Source: Campylobacteraceae bacterium (GTDB lineage Bacteria > Campylobacterota > Campylobacteria > Campylobacterales > Campylobacteraceae). Taken from it: DNA of 64,000 bases. Both the position numbers and the translations under genes were made by a program. Positions 9,901 through 19,301 of this stretch are shown here, in pieces; position 1 is the first letter of the stretch; every line of letters begins with the position of its first letter. Location: NCBI GenBank assembly GCA_031268335.1, contig JAIRXG010000025.1, positions 744-64,743 on the forward strand, given 5' to 3'. The notes under the pieces were generated by a model. That model saw only the letters and a program-made list of their open reading frames with translations, had not been told where the DNA came from and searched no databases.

Positions 9901-10714
9901 GCATACCGTTTAAAAATGACATACCCCATATTTCCGCACTTGTATCCAATGTGAATTTTTGGATTTCACTATATCTCCAATTGTAAGGATTATTTTTGTC
10001 TGGTATTACTTTAAGGAGACGAAAATCAGTATCTTTTGAGATCATAATATAGGCGTTTCCATCGGCATCGATTGCCATGTCCGATTGAACTTTGTAATTT
10101 GCAAAGTTGGTATCCCAAGAACTTTCAGGCTTTAGTACGTCGCTTTTGCTAATCCTTCTTGTTTTTGGGTCGTATATCATCATTCTAGCTTCTCCTCCCA
10201 AAATGTATTGATTGTATCCTATGAAGTATATTTCGCCCGTTTTTTGATTTACTTCGCCGCCTGACCATCCTCTAAAGTTTATAAATTCTGAAAAACTAAA
10301 AGCGTTTGCTGTTGTGGAAGCTTGATTTTTAGATATATACTCTATCTCTTTTGAGTGTGTAACATAATCCCATTGATACATAGTCAAAACGCCTCTTTCA
10401 TTTGGTCCTAAAGCTATCGTATCCGGATCTCTTCCGCTCCATCCTCCGTATTCACTTCTAACATTTAGATTGTACTGCTTTTTGGCCGATAGAGTAGTTT
10501 GGACTCCCGGTATAAGGCCATATACTTTAAATACATTAGAATTGTCTTGCACGTAATATAAAGAGTTGCAGTCAAAATTTAATTTGCTATCGCCCAAGCT
10601 TTCAATTGTTGCTTTTGCCGTAGCATCTTTGCCAAATGAGCATATAGCGGCAAAGATAAAAATACATCTATGAAGCGTGGTTAAAAAATCAGCTTTTGAT
10701 ATGTAGGCATTCAT
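6908..10714 (-). CDS. Giant secreted surface/adhesin-like protein. It has an N-terminal beta-propeller-like domain, an SdrD-B/Cna-B-like fold, a GEVED domain and a long Asn-rich C-terminal region
   Basis: 1268 aa with a signal peptide (CIFIFAAICSFG). AGGAG RBS. The SdrD-B-like block is KVYFDANGDGVLSS..GLSGIEIQVYD. The GEVED-type block is SDRSDAPNSFGEVYH ... DGDKYDDGVQV ... FFRFRYS ... IDGEVEDY. Confidence 0.85.
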   Translation of the reverse strand: MNAYISKADFLTTLHRCIFIFAAICSFGKDATAKATIESLGDSKLNFDCNSLYYVQDNSNVFKVYGLIPGVQTTLSAKKQYNLNVRSEYGGWSGRDPDTIALGPNERGVLTMYQWDYVTHSKEIEYISKNQASTTANAFSFSEFINFRGWSGGEVNQKTGEIYFIGYNQYILGGEARMMIYDPKTRRISKSDVLKPESSWDTNFANYKVQSDMAIDADGNAYIMISKDTDFRLLKVIPDKNNPYNWRYSEIQKFTLDTSAEIWGMSFLNGMLYINSRFYIYELNPLTGTWRDTKFLASNSYDFTTCQMAPVIKGKVYFDANGDGVLSSSEKNSAGLSGIEIQVYDRSYRYLGSQFTNGRGEYNFLLPSAQSTFYIRMKRPRINGINTYQTMASGGKYIWSGPDNRGTNIVVPTCYNDTNIPNANYYEKTCYGAKANGIEHSNNGISLANFYSVVVMQTDRAVVRADFALAPSDRSDAPNSFGEVYHTINPNVYMGSNVDADSSSRINQNADGDKYDDGVQVRLENNTTWSNLQNFTFLNNKKYNFRVKVNSNSKQNGFLNAWIALDSTTFSNKIANNLQDANNSGYIEFNYTTPELVLTNKDNKAKAFFRFRYSTKNVTNILPVNPYADNWNSYPWAIDGEVEDYMITYRYVAEQKHMSGDFSVVNQNFNAKAGDLLDTKSHQQTALYTQIANKKFNVKLMHHEYGKISKNFNGEMNVTIDFVEYNTALPNCNNVKVLEKNIKTLSLKPTQTIMPFEVTLHNVTASGTFKTTYHLLGSSETNSTCSDLFAVRPKEFILSNDFNANLTGGKLNNGQIKALKNGGNLAADYNQQAVNIIHVNSTLKKPSICKLDENASSEVTIKSFDIKNGIGNIGINYHNVGNVDTILSDKLWTSKDRAYNDCLDNFANEHDASGKVGCDIAIKAELRFMPKAFSSTFSVSDFADKYTYISSELLMYANIDMDISAILDDGSAATNYHKDCFAKDVEYGVQLSNNNITGWDNRKGNEPSKRIKYVEKTGVNIIMNNKNYDGSVALETTQNNFINGTAHSNFGFNFERPSEPEKPFIVKFNDFNITSLKNVDNIKGLDSYNKDGSAHMYYGRTHSKEPEYIVLNQDSVNANIYYEIFCPMYCNRSLYNAIQISNMDAQYPNWYINSAHVINQGNVTEFRVTQGSAKLSKSTSDKTPKYYTDIIKNGKETLGVTKNSPNTPYSVTITIKPNSWLLHDPAFKVIFSGDGGEWAGFGQANKTNRTGRVLDANASKYIRQKIDW

Positions 10715-11172
10715 GTTCGTCTCCTTTTCCGCTTTTAATAATGTAAAAAAGCGGGTATAAATTGGTATTTATAAAAAATACTTTAATATACAAATTAATT
10801 TGTATATTCTTTTATTTTATTATATAAAAGAACTATAAATTTAATTTTATTGTGATACTTATAAATTTTATTAAGTAGGTAAATTAAGCAAATGTACAGA
10901 AATTCTTACATGTACATTTTTATTAAAGATACAATCGTTATTTTTTTGCATGTAAAGATTTTATTTTATTAAAAATAGGGTAGATATATCGGAAGGACTT
11001 TTTTTATTTTTATTGAGACATTTTGTTTTTAATTTTGTACAGGTTTTATTAATGCATTTGGAAAATTTTGACAAGCATTGTTGTAGCGATAGCCAATTTT
11101 TTTATATGGCTTTAGGCATTATGAAATAGAGAAATTTATTTTGATTTAGCTTACATGCAAGGAGAGTTAATC

Positions 11173-11202
11173 AAAACCGTCCGTAATTTTACGGACGGTT
11201 TT
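11173..11202 (-). terminator. Rho-independent terminator of the rpsF-ssb-rpsR operon
   Basis: Perfect 12-bp stem: AAAACCGTCCGT (11173-11184) pairs with ACGGACGGTTTT (11191-11202). It lies 6 nt after the rpsR stop, and the 3' arm ends in a U-run on the minus strand. Confidence 0.8.
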
Positions 11203-11207
11203 GAAAC

Positions 11208-11471
11208 TTATTGTAATCCCTCAAACGGATTTGCCACAATATTTTTTGTGTCTATGATGTATGGAATAAGAGCGGTGTGTCTAGCTCTTTTGATGGCAAT
11301 TTCAGCCATTTCTTGATGTTTTTTGCAGTTTCCAGTAAGTCTGCGGGGCATAATCTTGTAACGTTCGGAAAGCGAATGCTTCAACAATTTTGTATCTTTG
11401 TAGTCTAAAAATTCAATTTTTGCTTCGCAATATTTGCAGTATTTTCTTGAATATTTTCTCTTTTCAGCCAT
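11208..11471 (-). CDS. rpsR: 30S ribosomal protein S18
   Basis: 87 aa, [26 protein letters not shown]...PRRLTGNC. This is the typical S18 sequence, in the rpsF-ssb-rpsR order. Confidence 0.95.
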   Translation of the reverse strand: MAEKRKYSRKYCKYCEAKIEFLDYKDTKLLKHSLSERYKIMPRRLTGNCKKHQEMAEIAIKRARHTALIPYIIDTKNIVANPFEGLQ

Positions 11472-11497
11472 TTATTATCCTTTTACTATATTTTAAA

Positions 11498-11959
11498 TTA
11501 AAACGGTATTTCGTCTTCGTCTATATTTATCTCAGGTATATTTTGTTTTTGCGTATTTTGCGAGTAATTTTGACTTTGTTGCGTAGAGTGTTGATACTCT
11601 TCTTCGGGATAAGCGCCATCGGTTCTATCTTGAGATTTGCTATCCAGCATTTGTAAATTATCCGCAACTACAGAATGCTTACTTCTTTTTTGTCCGTTTT
11701 GGTCTGTCCAAGTGTCAAGCTTGAGTCGTCCTTCAATCAAAATCTTGCTACCTTTTTTTAGGTATTGATTTGCTATTTCGGCGGTTCTGCCAAAAAGAGA
11801 GACATCGATGAAGCAAACATCTTCGCCTTGACTCCCGTCTTGTTTTTTAAAACGCCTGTTTGTAGCTATGCCGGTTGAGCTGATAGCGCTTCCATTAGGC
11901 AAATAGCGAAGTTCTATGTCCCTTGTCAAATTTCCTACCAAAATAACGCGATTAAACAT
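11498..11959 (-). CDS. ssb: Single-stranded DNA-binding protein
   Basis: [25 protein letters not shown]-fold N-terminus. It has a Gln/Ser-rich linker and an acidic tail ending DEDEIPF. Confidence 0.95.
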   Translation of the reverse strand: MFNRVILVGNLTRDIELRYLPNGSAISSTGIATNRRFKKQDGSQGEDVCFIDVSLFGRTAEIANQYLKKGSKILIEGRLKLDTWTDQNGQKRSKHSVVADNLQMLDSKSQDRTDGAYPEEEYQHSTQQSQNYSQNTQKQNIPEINIDEDEIPF

Positions 11960-11980
11960 ACCTTATCCTCAAAATGTTAT

Positions 11981-12382
11981 TTAAGATGCATCCGCTTCTT
12001 CGGACACTTTCTTTTCAGGGCTGGTTGCCGTCTCATCTTTTTTGCCCTTGTTTACTATGTTTGCAACAGATTTTTCCCAATGGGCAATCTCTTTTTTGTT
12101 TTCATATTTTACAGTTAAAAATTTGATAACCTCTTCGTTTATACGAATGACTCTCTCGATTTCGCCGATAGCGTTTGCGGGGGCTTGAAAATAGTATACA
12201 GTATAATTTCCGCGTTCGAATTTTTTGACCGGATATGATAGTTTACGTATTCCCATATCTTGACGCGCTGCTATCTCGGCTCCATTTTTTTCTAAAACTT
12301 CTTTTATGAAGTCAACTTTAATTTTTGCCTCTTCTTCCGTTAATGTCGGACGTAAGACAAACAACAATTCATAATGTCGCAT
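11981..12382 (-). CDS. rpsF: 30S ribosomal protein S6
   Basis: [18 protein letters not shown] is the canonical S6 N-terminus. It has an acidic C-terminal extension. Confidence 0.95.
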   Translation of the reverse strand: MRHYELLFVLRPTLTEEEAKIKVDFIKEVLEKNGAEIAARQDMGIRKLSYPVKKFERGNYTVYYFQAPANAIGEIERVIRINEEVIKFLTVKYENKKEIAHWEKSVANIVNKGKKDETATSPEKKVSEEADAS

Positions 12383-12750
12383 AATCTTTTCTCCCTATGG
12401 ATTTTAAACTCTCTACATGTAAGTAAATTTATGTAAGAGTAAGGATTTACTCTGAAAAACAAAGTAGAATGCAATTTTAGTATAAATAAGTTTGGAGTTT
12501 TATTAAGCGAAGCTTTTTTCTGTGTTTTTGCTATAGTATTTGTACATGTATGGCATTATTACTCTAACAAAAGTCTTATGTCTTAAAACACTTGTCGTAT
12601 TTGCAGAAGTTTTCCAATTGGAAATTTTGTCCTCCTTGCGTTCTTTGTGCCAACATTTTAACATCATAAACTATAAATGCGGTTACATGTGAGGCATATC
12701 AAGAGCTACAATGCTACAAGACGATAAAGCAAGGTTTGTTACATGTAATA

Positions 12751-13275
12751 TCACCATCCGTTTGTATGTATTTTTTGCGGATCATATTTATTTTTTGGTT
12801 TGTTTATATTTGCAGGATAGCCTATGGGTACGACGTTTAACGGTATGATATTGTCGGGCAAACGAAGTAATTTTTGCACAAAGAAGACGCGTTCATCACT
12901 CGGATAAACAGCCGTCCACACAGCGCCAAGACCAAATGCTTCAGCAACTAAAAGTATATTTTGCGTAGCTGCTGCGCAATCAACATCCCAATAAAGTTCG
13001 CTCACTTGCGTATCCCCGCATACAATAATTGCGGCAGAAGCTTTGTGAAGCATTTTTGCATAAGGCAGAGCGTCGTTCAACGCATTTAAAATAGTATGTT
13101 CATCGATAACGATAAAATGCCAAGGTTGCAAATTGATGGCCGAAGGCGCGGCAAATGCAGCTTTTACAATTGTCTCTAAAACCTCTTTTGGTATGGCTTT
13201 ATCGCCGTCTTTAAAACTTCTAACGCTTTTTCTCTCATGAATGATTGATATTAGCGCATCTAATGAATCTTTCAT
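12751..13275 (-). CDS. Nitroreductase-family protein
   Basis: 174 aa. Blocks RKSVRSFKD, APSAINLQPWHFIVI and GLGAVW are typical of the NADH/FMN nitroreductase fold. Confidence 0.8.
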   Translation of the reverse strand: MKDSLDALISIIHERKSVRSFKDGDKAIPKEVLETIVKAAFAAPSAINLQPWHFIVIDEHTILNALNDALPYAKMLHKASAAIIVCGDTQVSELYWDVDCAAATQNILLVAEAFGLGAVWTAVYPSDERVFFVQKLLRLPDNIIPLNVVPIGYPANINKPKNKYDPQKIHTNGW

Positions 13276-13356
13276 GTAAACCCCTTTCGTTTAATTAACA
13301 TAATTTTATTTGTAAATCAATCATGTTTTTATCGACATCTTAAGACTTTTGTAAAA

Positions 13357-14334
13357 TTAGTTGCGCAAAAAGCTTTGCATTTCCAAAAGTGCTGACAATA
13401 TATAACTCTCTTTGTCTAAATTAGAATTTGTTTTAAGAGCAAATTCCGCATTTGTTAAAACCTTAAAAAGCTTGGTGAAAATTTTTGGTTTCAGACGCAT
13501 TGCTATTTCGGAGCGTTGTTTGGCGATTTGCGGTGGCAAAGGGTGTCCTAAAATTTTCTCAGCGTCAAAAGAACCGTTTATTTTGATATAAGCGTGAAAT
13601 AAAAATAGTTGAAAAAGATGCGATTGTATCGCATTTATAACTCTTATCTCGTCAACAGTTCCGCTTTGACTTACCATTTTGTAAAGCCCGACTATTTTTT
13701 CACCGTTTAAAAGTTTGGTTATGAGCGTTTCAAGCTCCACGTTGCCCATACCGAATACAAGATTGTCCACATCGGCAATGGACACTTCTCTATTTAGAAG
13801 AGACAATTTTGCAAGTTCGCTGACTGCCAAAGATAAATTTTCATTTTGCACCAAATATAGATTTTGCAAAACAAAACCGCTAATATTCAGATTTATTTTT
13901 CTTGCCTCGTTGTTTAAAAATTTTATGGCATCGTTTTGATTTGGCTTAAACACTCTTACAAATGACTTGCCAAACGATTTTGTCAACTCTTTTGCTTTCG
14001 CATCTTCGCCGTAAAATATAAATAAAAAGTAGTTTATATCGCTTTTTTCGCAAAGTTTCACAAGCTCTTCCACCTCTTTTTGAGGCGGAGCTTTTTCAAG
14101 TTTTAAGAGCATTATATTTTTATCCCCAAAAAGCGAAGCTTGGCTTAGATATGTTTTTGCAGCTTTAAAATCATACTCGTCGAAATAAAATTTTAAAACC
14201 TCGCTTCCTTCCCACAAATTTAAAATTTCATTTTCCAAAAACGAAAGTTGATAATCGCACGCGCCATATAAGAATAACGCTCTTGGAATATTTTTAGAAT
14301 TCAAAAGCAAGTCAAAATCTTTTTTATACATCAA
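13357..14334 (-). CDS. holA: DNA polymerase III subunit delta (probable)
   Basis: 325 aa. It lies directly downstream of rnr with a 4-nt ATGA overlap. Size and position match holA next to rnr/ilvC in C. jejuni (from memory). Sequence similarity could be judged only weakly by eye. Confidence 0.6.
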   Translation of the reverse strand: MMYKKDFDLLLNSKNIPRALFLYGACDYQLSFLENEILNLWEGSEVLKFYFDEYDFKAAKTYLSQASLFGDKNIMLLKLEKAPPQKEVEELVKLCEKSDINYFLFIFYGEDAKAKELTKSFGKSFVRVFKPNQNDAIKFLNNEARKINLNISGFVLQNLYLVQNENLSLAVSELAKLSLLNREVSIADVDNLVFGMGNVELETLITKLLNGEKIVGLYKMVSQSGTVDEIRVINAIQSHLFQLFLFHAYIKINGSFDAEKILGHPLPPQIAKQRSEIAMRLKPKIFTKLFKVLTNAEFALKTNSNLDKESYILSALLEMQSFLRN

Positions 14335-16286
14335 TCAAGCCTTTTTACAACTTTACCTATTATTTTGGTGGATGCTATGTCGCTTTGGACTATCTGCACT
14401 CTCACTTTTTCAAATAACTCCAAATCATCGTCGATTAAAAATATTCTAGCTCCTTTTAATTCATCATCAAGCATTGCTATAGATGTTTTGCCAATTTCAG
14501 TAATTTTACAGATATAACTATCCTTTATATGTAAAGCTGCCCAACGAGCAAATTTTCTATCCATGAAATCCCATGTGACCTTGTCGCTTTCACGCTCCAA
14601 TTCGCTCAGTTTTTCGCAAAGAATCTCTATGTTTTCAAGTTGATATTTTGCAAGTTTTTCCTCTTTTTTCAGTTGTGATTTTAAAAGGCGGTGGAGTATA
14701 AGGTCACTATATCTGCGAATCGGGGATGTAAAATGGCTGTAATATTCAAATCCAAGTCCGAAATGTCCTTTATTTTCAGGCGTGTAATGAGCTTGTTTTT
14801 GACTTTTGATAATGAGTTTATCAACATCGGCTCTTATGCCTATCTCATCCGCTTGTTTTTGAATTTGTCTAATAAGCGTTGGAAGTTCGGGCGAAAATTT
14901 AGTCTCAATTCCTATCAAAAGCAGATTCTCTATCAAGTTTTCTATCTTTTCAAAAGAGGGTGGTTCGTGCGTTCTGAATATACCGTAATTTATTCTCTTT
15001 GCTGCCGCTTTATTTGCCAAAAGCATACACTCTTCTATGAGTGCGTGGGATGATGTCTCTTCTTCTATGTTTGTCGCGACAATGTTTTGACTGTCGTCTA
15101 ATTTCATTCTGATTTCCGAAGAACGAAATAAAAATGCGTTTTGTACTCTTTTTTCGCGCAAGTTTTGTGTAAGTTTAAACAGCGGCAAAAGCCATGCAAG
15201 TATCTCTTTATCTACCTTATCTTGTACATTTGAACTGCCACTTATGAATCTATCGACAAGCTCATAAGTATATCTTTTTTTTGAACAAATAATCCCCTCA
15301 AAAAGTCCTTCTGATTTTGGGTTTAGAGTTATTTTGTCTAAAGTTATCTTGAAACCAAAAACAAGCCTGTCTACATTTGGTTTCAAAGAGCATATATTTT
15401 CGCTCAAAGTTCTTGGTAGCATCGGAATTGATTTATGCGGAAAATATATGGAAAAACCCCTGCTTTTCGCTTCTTTATCTATATTGCCGAAAGGATATAC
15501 ATACTCGCTCACATCAGCAATAGCTACATATATGGCAAGATTTTTTTCATCAAAATATATAGCATCGTCAAAATCTTTTGCATCATCAGGATCGATTGTG
15601 CAAAAAGGAAGATCGGTTAAATCAAGTCTATTCGGATAAAATGATTTTTCTACGTTATTGCCGTGACTTCTTGCCTCTGCTTCGGCTTGTGCACCAAAAA
15701 ATTCCTCTTTATTATAAAGTGCTAAAGATATTTTTTCATCTACATTCGCATCGTCCAAAACGCCTAAAACTTCTTTGATAGTTCCCGTAGCGCTGTCTAT
15801 TTTTAAAAGCGTATTGGGCGGCAGTTGTTTTAATGATTTTTGCGTTGCGGCTACGGTTATAAAAGCGCCGGTTTTTATGTTTTGCACTACAACTGCACCA
15901 TTAATAATTTTATTAATGCCAACATAAGTTGAAAAGCCTTTTTGGGCTATGAATACGATTTTGGCTTTTTGCCTTTTAGAGTTTGTGAAGATTCGTTTTG
16001 CTACGACCAAATCGCCTTTGCCGGCATTCATCAAATCTTTGGGTTCTATCACCAAATCTTTTCGCCCCTCATCTCCCAAAGTCTCCAGATAACCTGTGCC
16101 GTTTAGCGATATATCTACTTTGCCGACACGATAATTCGAGTCAAGCTTATAGCGGTCATGTTTATCTATCTTTATAGCTTTTTTATGTTCCAAATCGCTT
16201 ATCGGTTTTTTGAAGTCATTTGGTATATCTTTTAAATCTATGCCCTCAATTAATGAAACAAGCAGCGATTTTACATCAAATTTCAA
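14331..16286 (-). CDS. rnr: Ribonuclease R (RNB-family 3'-5' exoribonuclease)
   Basis: 651 aa. RNB catalytic blocks are TIDPDDAKDFDDAIY, HFGLGFEYYSHFTSPIRRYSDLILHR and a C-terminal S1-like region. Confidence 0.9.
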   Translation of the reverse strand: MKFDVKSLLVSLIEGIDLKDIPNDFKKPISDLEHKKAIKIDKHDRYKLDSNYRVGKVDISLNGTGYLETLGDEGRKDLVIEPKDLMNAGKGDLVVAKRIFTNSKRQKAKIVFIAQKGFSTYVGINKIINGAVVVQNIKTGAFITVAATQKSLKQLPPNTLLKIDSATGTIKEVLGVLDDANVDEKISLALYNKEEFFGAQAEAEARSHGNNVEKSFYPNRLDLTDLPFCTIDPDDAKDFDDAIYFDEKNLAIYVAIADVSEYVYPFGNIDKEAKSRGFSIYFPHKSIPMLPRTLSENICSLKPNVDRLVFGFKITLDKITLNPKSEGLFEGIICSKKRYTYELVDRFISGSSNVQDKVDKEILAWLLPLFKLTQNLREKRVQNAFLFRSSEIRMKLDDSQNIVATNIEEETSSHALIEECMLLANKAAAKRINYGIFRTHEPPSFEKIENLIENLLLIGIETKFSPELPTLIRQIQKQADEIGIRADVDKLIIKSQKQAHYTPENKGHFGLGFEYYSHFTSPIRRYSDLILHRLLKSQLKKEEKLAKYQLENIEILCEKLSELERESDKVTWDFMDRKFARWAALHIKDSYICKITEIGKTSIAMLDDELKGARIFLIDDDLELFEKVRVQIVQSDIASTKIIGKVVKRLD

Positions 16287-16411
16287 ATATATGCCTTGTG
16301 TGAAAATAGAGGTTATTGTATCCTTAAAACCTTTAAAAAATTATGTTGCTAAGCTCAAGTATTAACCGTTTTGCAATATAATAATAAGCTTAAATTTGCA
16401 TTATATGGAGA

Positions 16412-17173
16412 GTGCACATGTTGTTTGAAAAAGCGATAATAGCTATAGCATTATTAGCGTCCGCGCTTTGTGCGCTTCCTTTTGAATCTTTTGCAAAATA
16501 CGAAGTGAAATACGGCGTTTTTAATTTAGGTGAAGCAACCGCCTCTTTGAAAATAGATGAAAATGGCTCTTACGAGACGCAAATCAAAGCAAAAGCGACT
16601 GGTTTTGCCGCTACTTTGAGCGGTAAACGCGTTGAGACGTATAAGAGTGTCGGCAAGGTAATTGAAGGCAAATTTGTTCCGGATAGTTTGGAAAAAATTC
16701 GTTCGTCAAACAAAAAAACAAGACATACAACTTATCTTTTCGACCATGAACAAAAGCAAGCGGCTATGTTTGAAGAAAAATGTGATTCTAAAGGCTGTTC
16801 TCACTCATCGGAAATACTTCCCGAATATGTGCAAGAGGATATACTTACACTATATCACAATGCAGCGCTTATATTTGGCAAAGATGGCGCAAAGGAGCTT
16901 AACGCAAGCGCCATAGGTTCAAGGCAGCAAGTACATGTGATTGTGCCTGAGGGCAAGCAACTAAAGAATGCAAAAAAAGCTTTTAAAAGTGCCGAAGGGC
17001 TTTATTTATTAGTAATTTTAAATCAAGATATTTTCAGCAGTGATAAGGGCGAACTATATATCAATCTTGACAGTGATATGACGGTTTCAAAAGCTGTTTT
17101 GAAAAATACCACGTTGTTTGGAGATATATGGGGCACAATGGTGGAAAAGAAAATAGACGGTTCGCTTGAATAA
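16412..17173 (+). CDS. Exported DUF3108-like protein
   Basis: 253 aa with a signal peptide (IAIALLASALCALPFESFA). The overall pattern (YEVKYGVFNLGEA...) resembles the DUF3108 family. The start may be GTG 16412 or ATG 16418. Confidence 0.55.
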   Translation: MHMLFEKAIIAIALLASALCALPFESFAKYEVKYGVFNLGEATASLKIDENGSYETQIKAKATGFAATLSGKRVETYKSVGKVIEGKFVPDSLEKIRSSNKKTRHTTYLFDHEQKQAAMFEEKCDSKGCSHSSEILPEYVQEDILTLYHNAALIFGKDGAKELNASAIGSRQQVHVIVPEGKQLKNAKKAFKSAEGLYLLVILNQDIFSSDKGELYINLDSDMTVSKAVLKNTTLFGDIWGTMVEKKIDGSLE

Positions 17174-17197
17174 GTTCACATATCTGTTTCAAAGTAG

Positions 17198-18277
<1,080 letters not shown>

Positions 18278-18286
18278 ACTTTTATT

Positions 18287-18317
18287 CTTGACGGCAAACA
18301 AACTGCGAGCCGTCAAG
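18287..18317 (+). terminator. Hairpin downstream of ilvC
   Basis: CTTGACGGC (18287-18295) pairs with GCCGTCAAG (18309-18317) in a 9-bp stem with a 13-nt loop. No clear U-tract follows. Confidence 0.45.
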
Positions 18318-18347
18318 AAAACCTCAAAACAAATTCTAGGATAATTA

Positions 18348-19301
18348 TTGGCATCATACAAGAAAAAAAAATTTATCGTTAAACATAAAAAAATAAGAAA
18401 AAAAATCGGCGTAAAAAAAATTCATATAATCACAGCTGCTATTTTGATGATATGCATATTGGCAGCAGTTTTGTTTTGCATAGTCTATTTTTTAAAAAAT
18501 GAAACGACAAGGCATTCCGTTGTTACAAAAAATATCACTACAGACAACACTACTTTGGAAAACAATATGACAATAAGTAACGTTACTTTGGAAAGTAATA
18601 TTACAACAGATAATACCACTATAGACAACCAAACAACTCAATCAAATCATACAGTTTTAGTAAAACCAAAACTTGCCATCATAATAGACGATGTTACTTT
18701 TGAAAGGCAGTTAAATGACATACTCTCTATACCGTTAAAAATTACGCCATCTTTTTTGCCTCCCACAATAAAAACCAATTTTTCAGCCAAGCTTGCAAAA
18801 AGAACAGAATTTCATATGGTTCATTTGCCGCTTGAAGCTATGAGTTTTAAAAATCCGGAAGAGGCAACGCTTTTGGTGGATGATAGTTATGATATTATTT
18901 TGCAAAAACTAAAAATGCTAAAAGCTCAATTTCCGCATGCGATTTATTACAATAATCACACGGGAAGTAAATTTACGGCAGATTTTGATGCTATGGAGAG
19001 ATTATTGAAAGCTATGGATGAGGTAGGACTTATCTTTATTGATAGTAGAACCACAGCAGACACAAAAGCTCCCAAAATAGCTAAAAAAGAGGGCAAAAGA
19101 CTTTTGCAAAGAGATGTATTCTTGGATAATGTTATAGAAAAAGAGGCTATAAAAAAGCAGATTTTATTGGCAATATCAAAAGCTAAAGAGCGGAATTTTG
19201 CTATAGCGATAGGGCATCCTCACAAAGAGACAATCGCAGCTTTGAAAGAATTTGCAAAAGAGTGCGATGAGGTGGAAGTCGTATATATAAAAGATTTATG
19301 A
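18348..19301 (+). CDS. Membrane-anchored divergent polysaccharide deacetylase (YibQ-like) with an Asn/Thr-rich linker
   Basis: 317 aa. It has a basic N-terminus, one TM helix (ITAAILMICILAAVLFCIVYFL) and an N/T-rich linker. The deacetylase-like blocks are KLAIIIDD, HMVHLPLE, NNHTGSKFT and IAIGHPH. Confidence 0.8.
   Translation: MASYKKKKFIVKHKKIRKKIGVKKIHIITAAILMICILAAVLFCIVYFLKNETTRHSVVTKNITTDNTTLENNMTISNVTLESNITTDNTTIDNQTTQSNHTVLVKPKLAIIIDDVTFERQLNDILSIPLKITPSFLPPTIKTNFSAKLAKRTEFHMVHLPLEAMSFKNPEEATLLVDDSYDIILQKLKMLKAQFPHAIYYNNHTGSKFTADFDAMERLLKAMDEVGLIFIDSRTTADTKAPKIAKKEGKRLLQRDVFLDNVIEKEAIKKQILLAISKAKERNFAIAIGHPHKETIAALKEFAKECDEVEVVYIKDL

Noticed and set aside
18363-18371. An A9 homopolymer near the 5' end of the deacetylase gene as a phase-variation switch
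   Set aside because: A/T runs of this length are common in this AT-rich sequence and here encode a Lys run (KKKK). Campylobacter contingency loci typically use poly-G/C tracts, and I saw none of 8 nt or more in the window.
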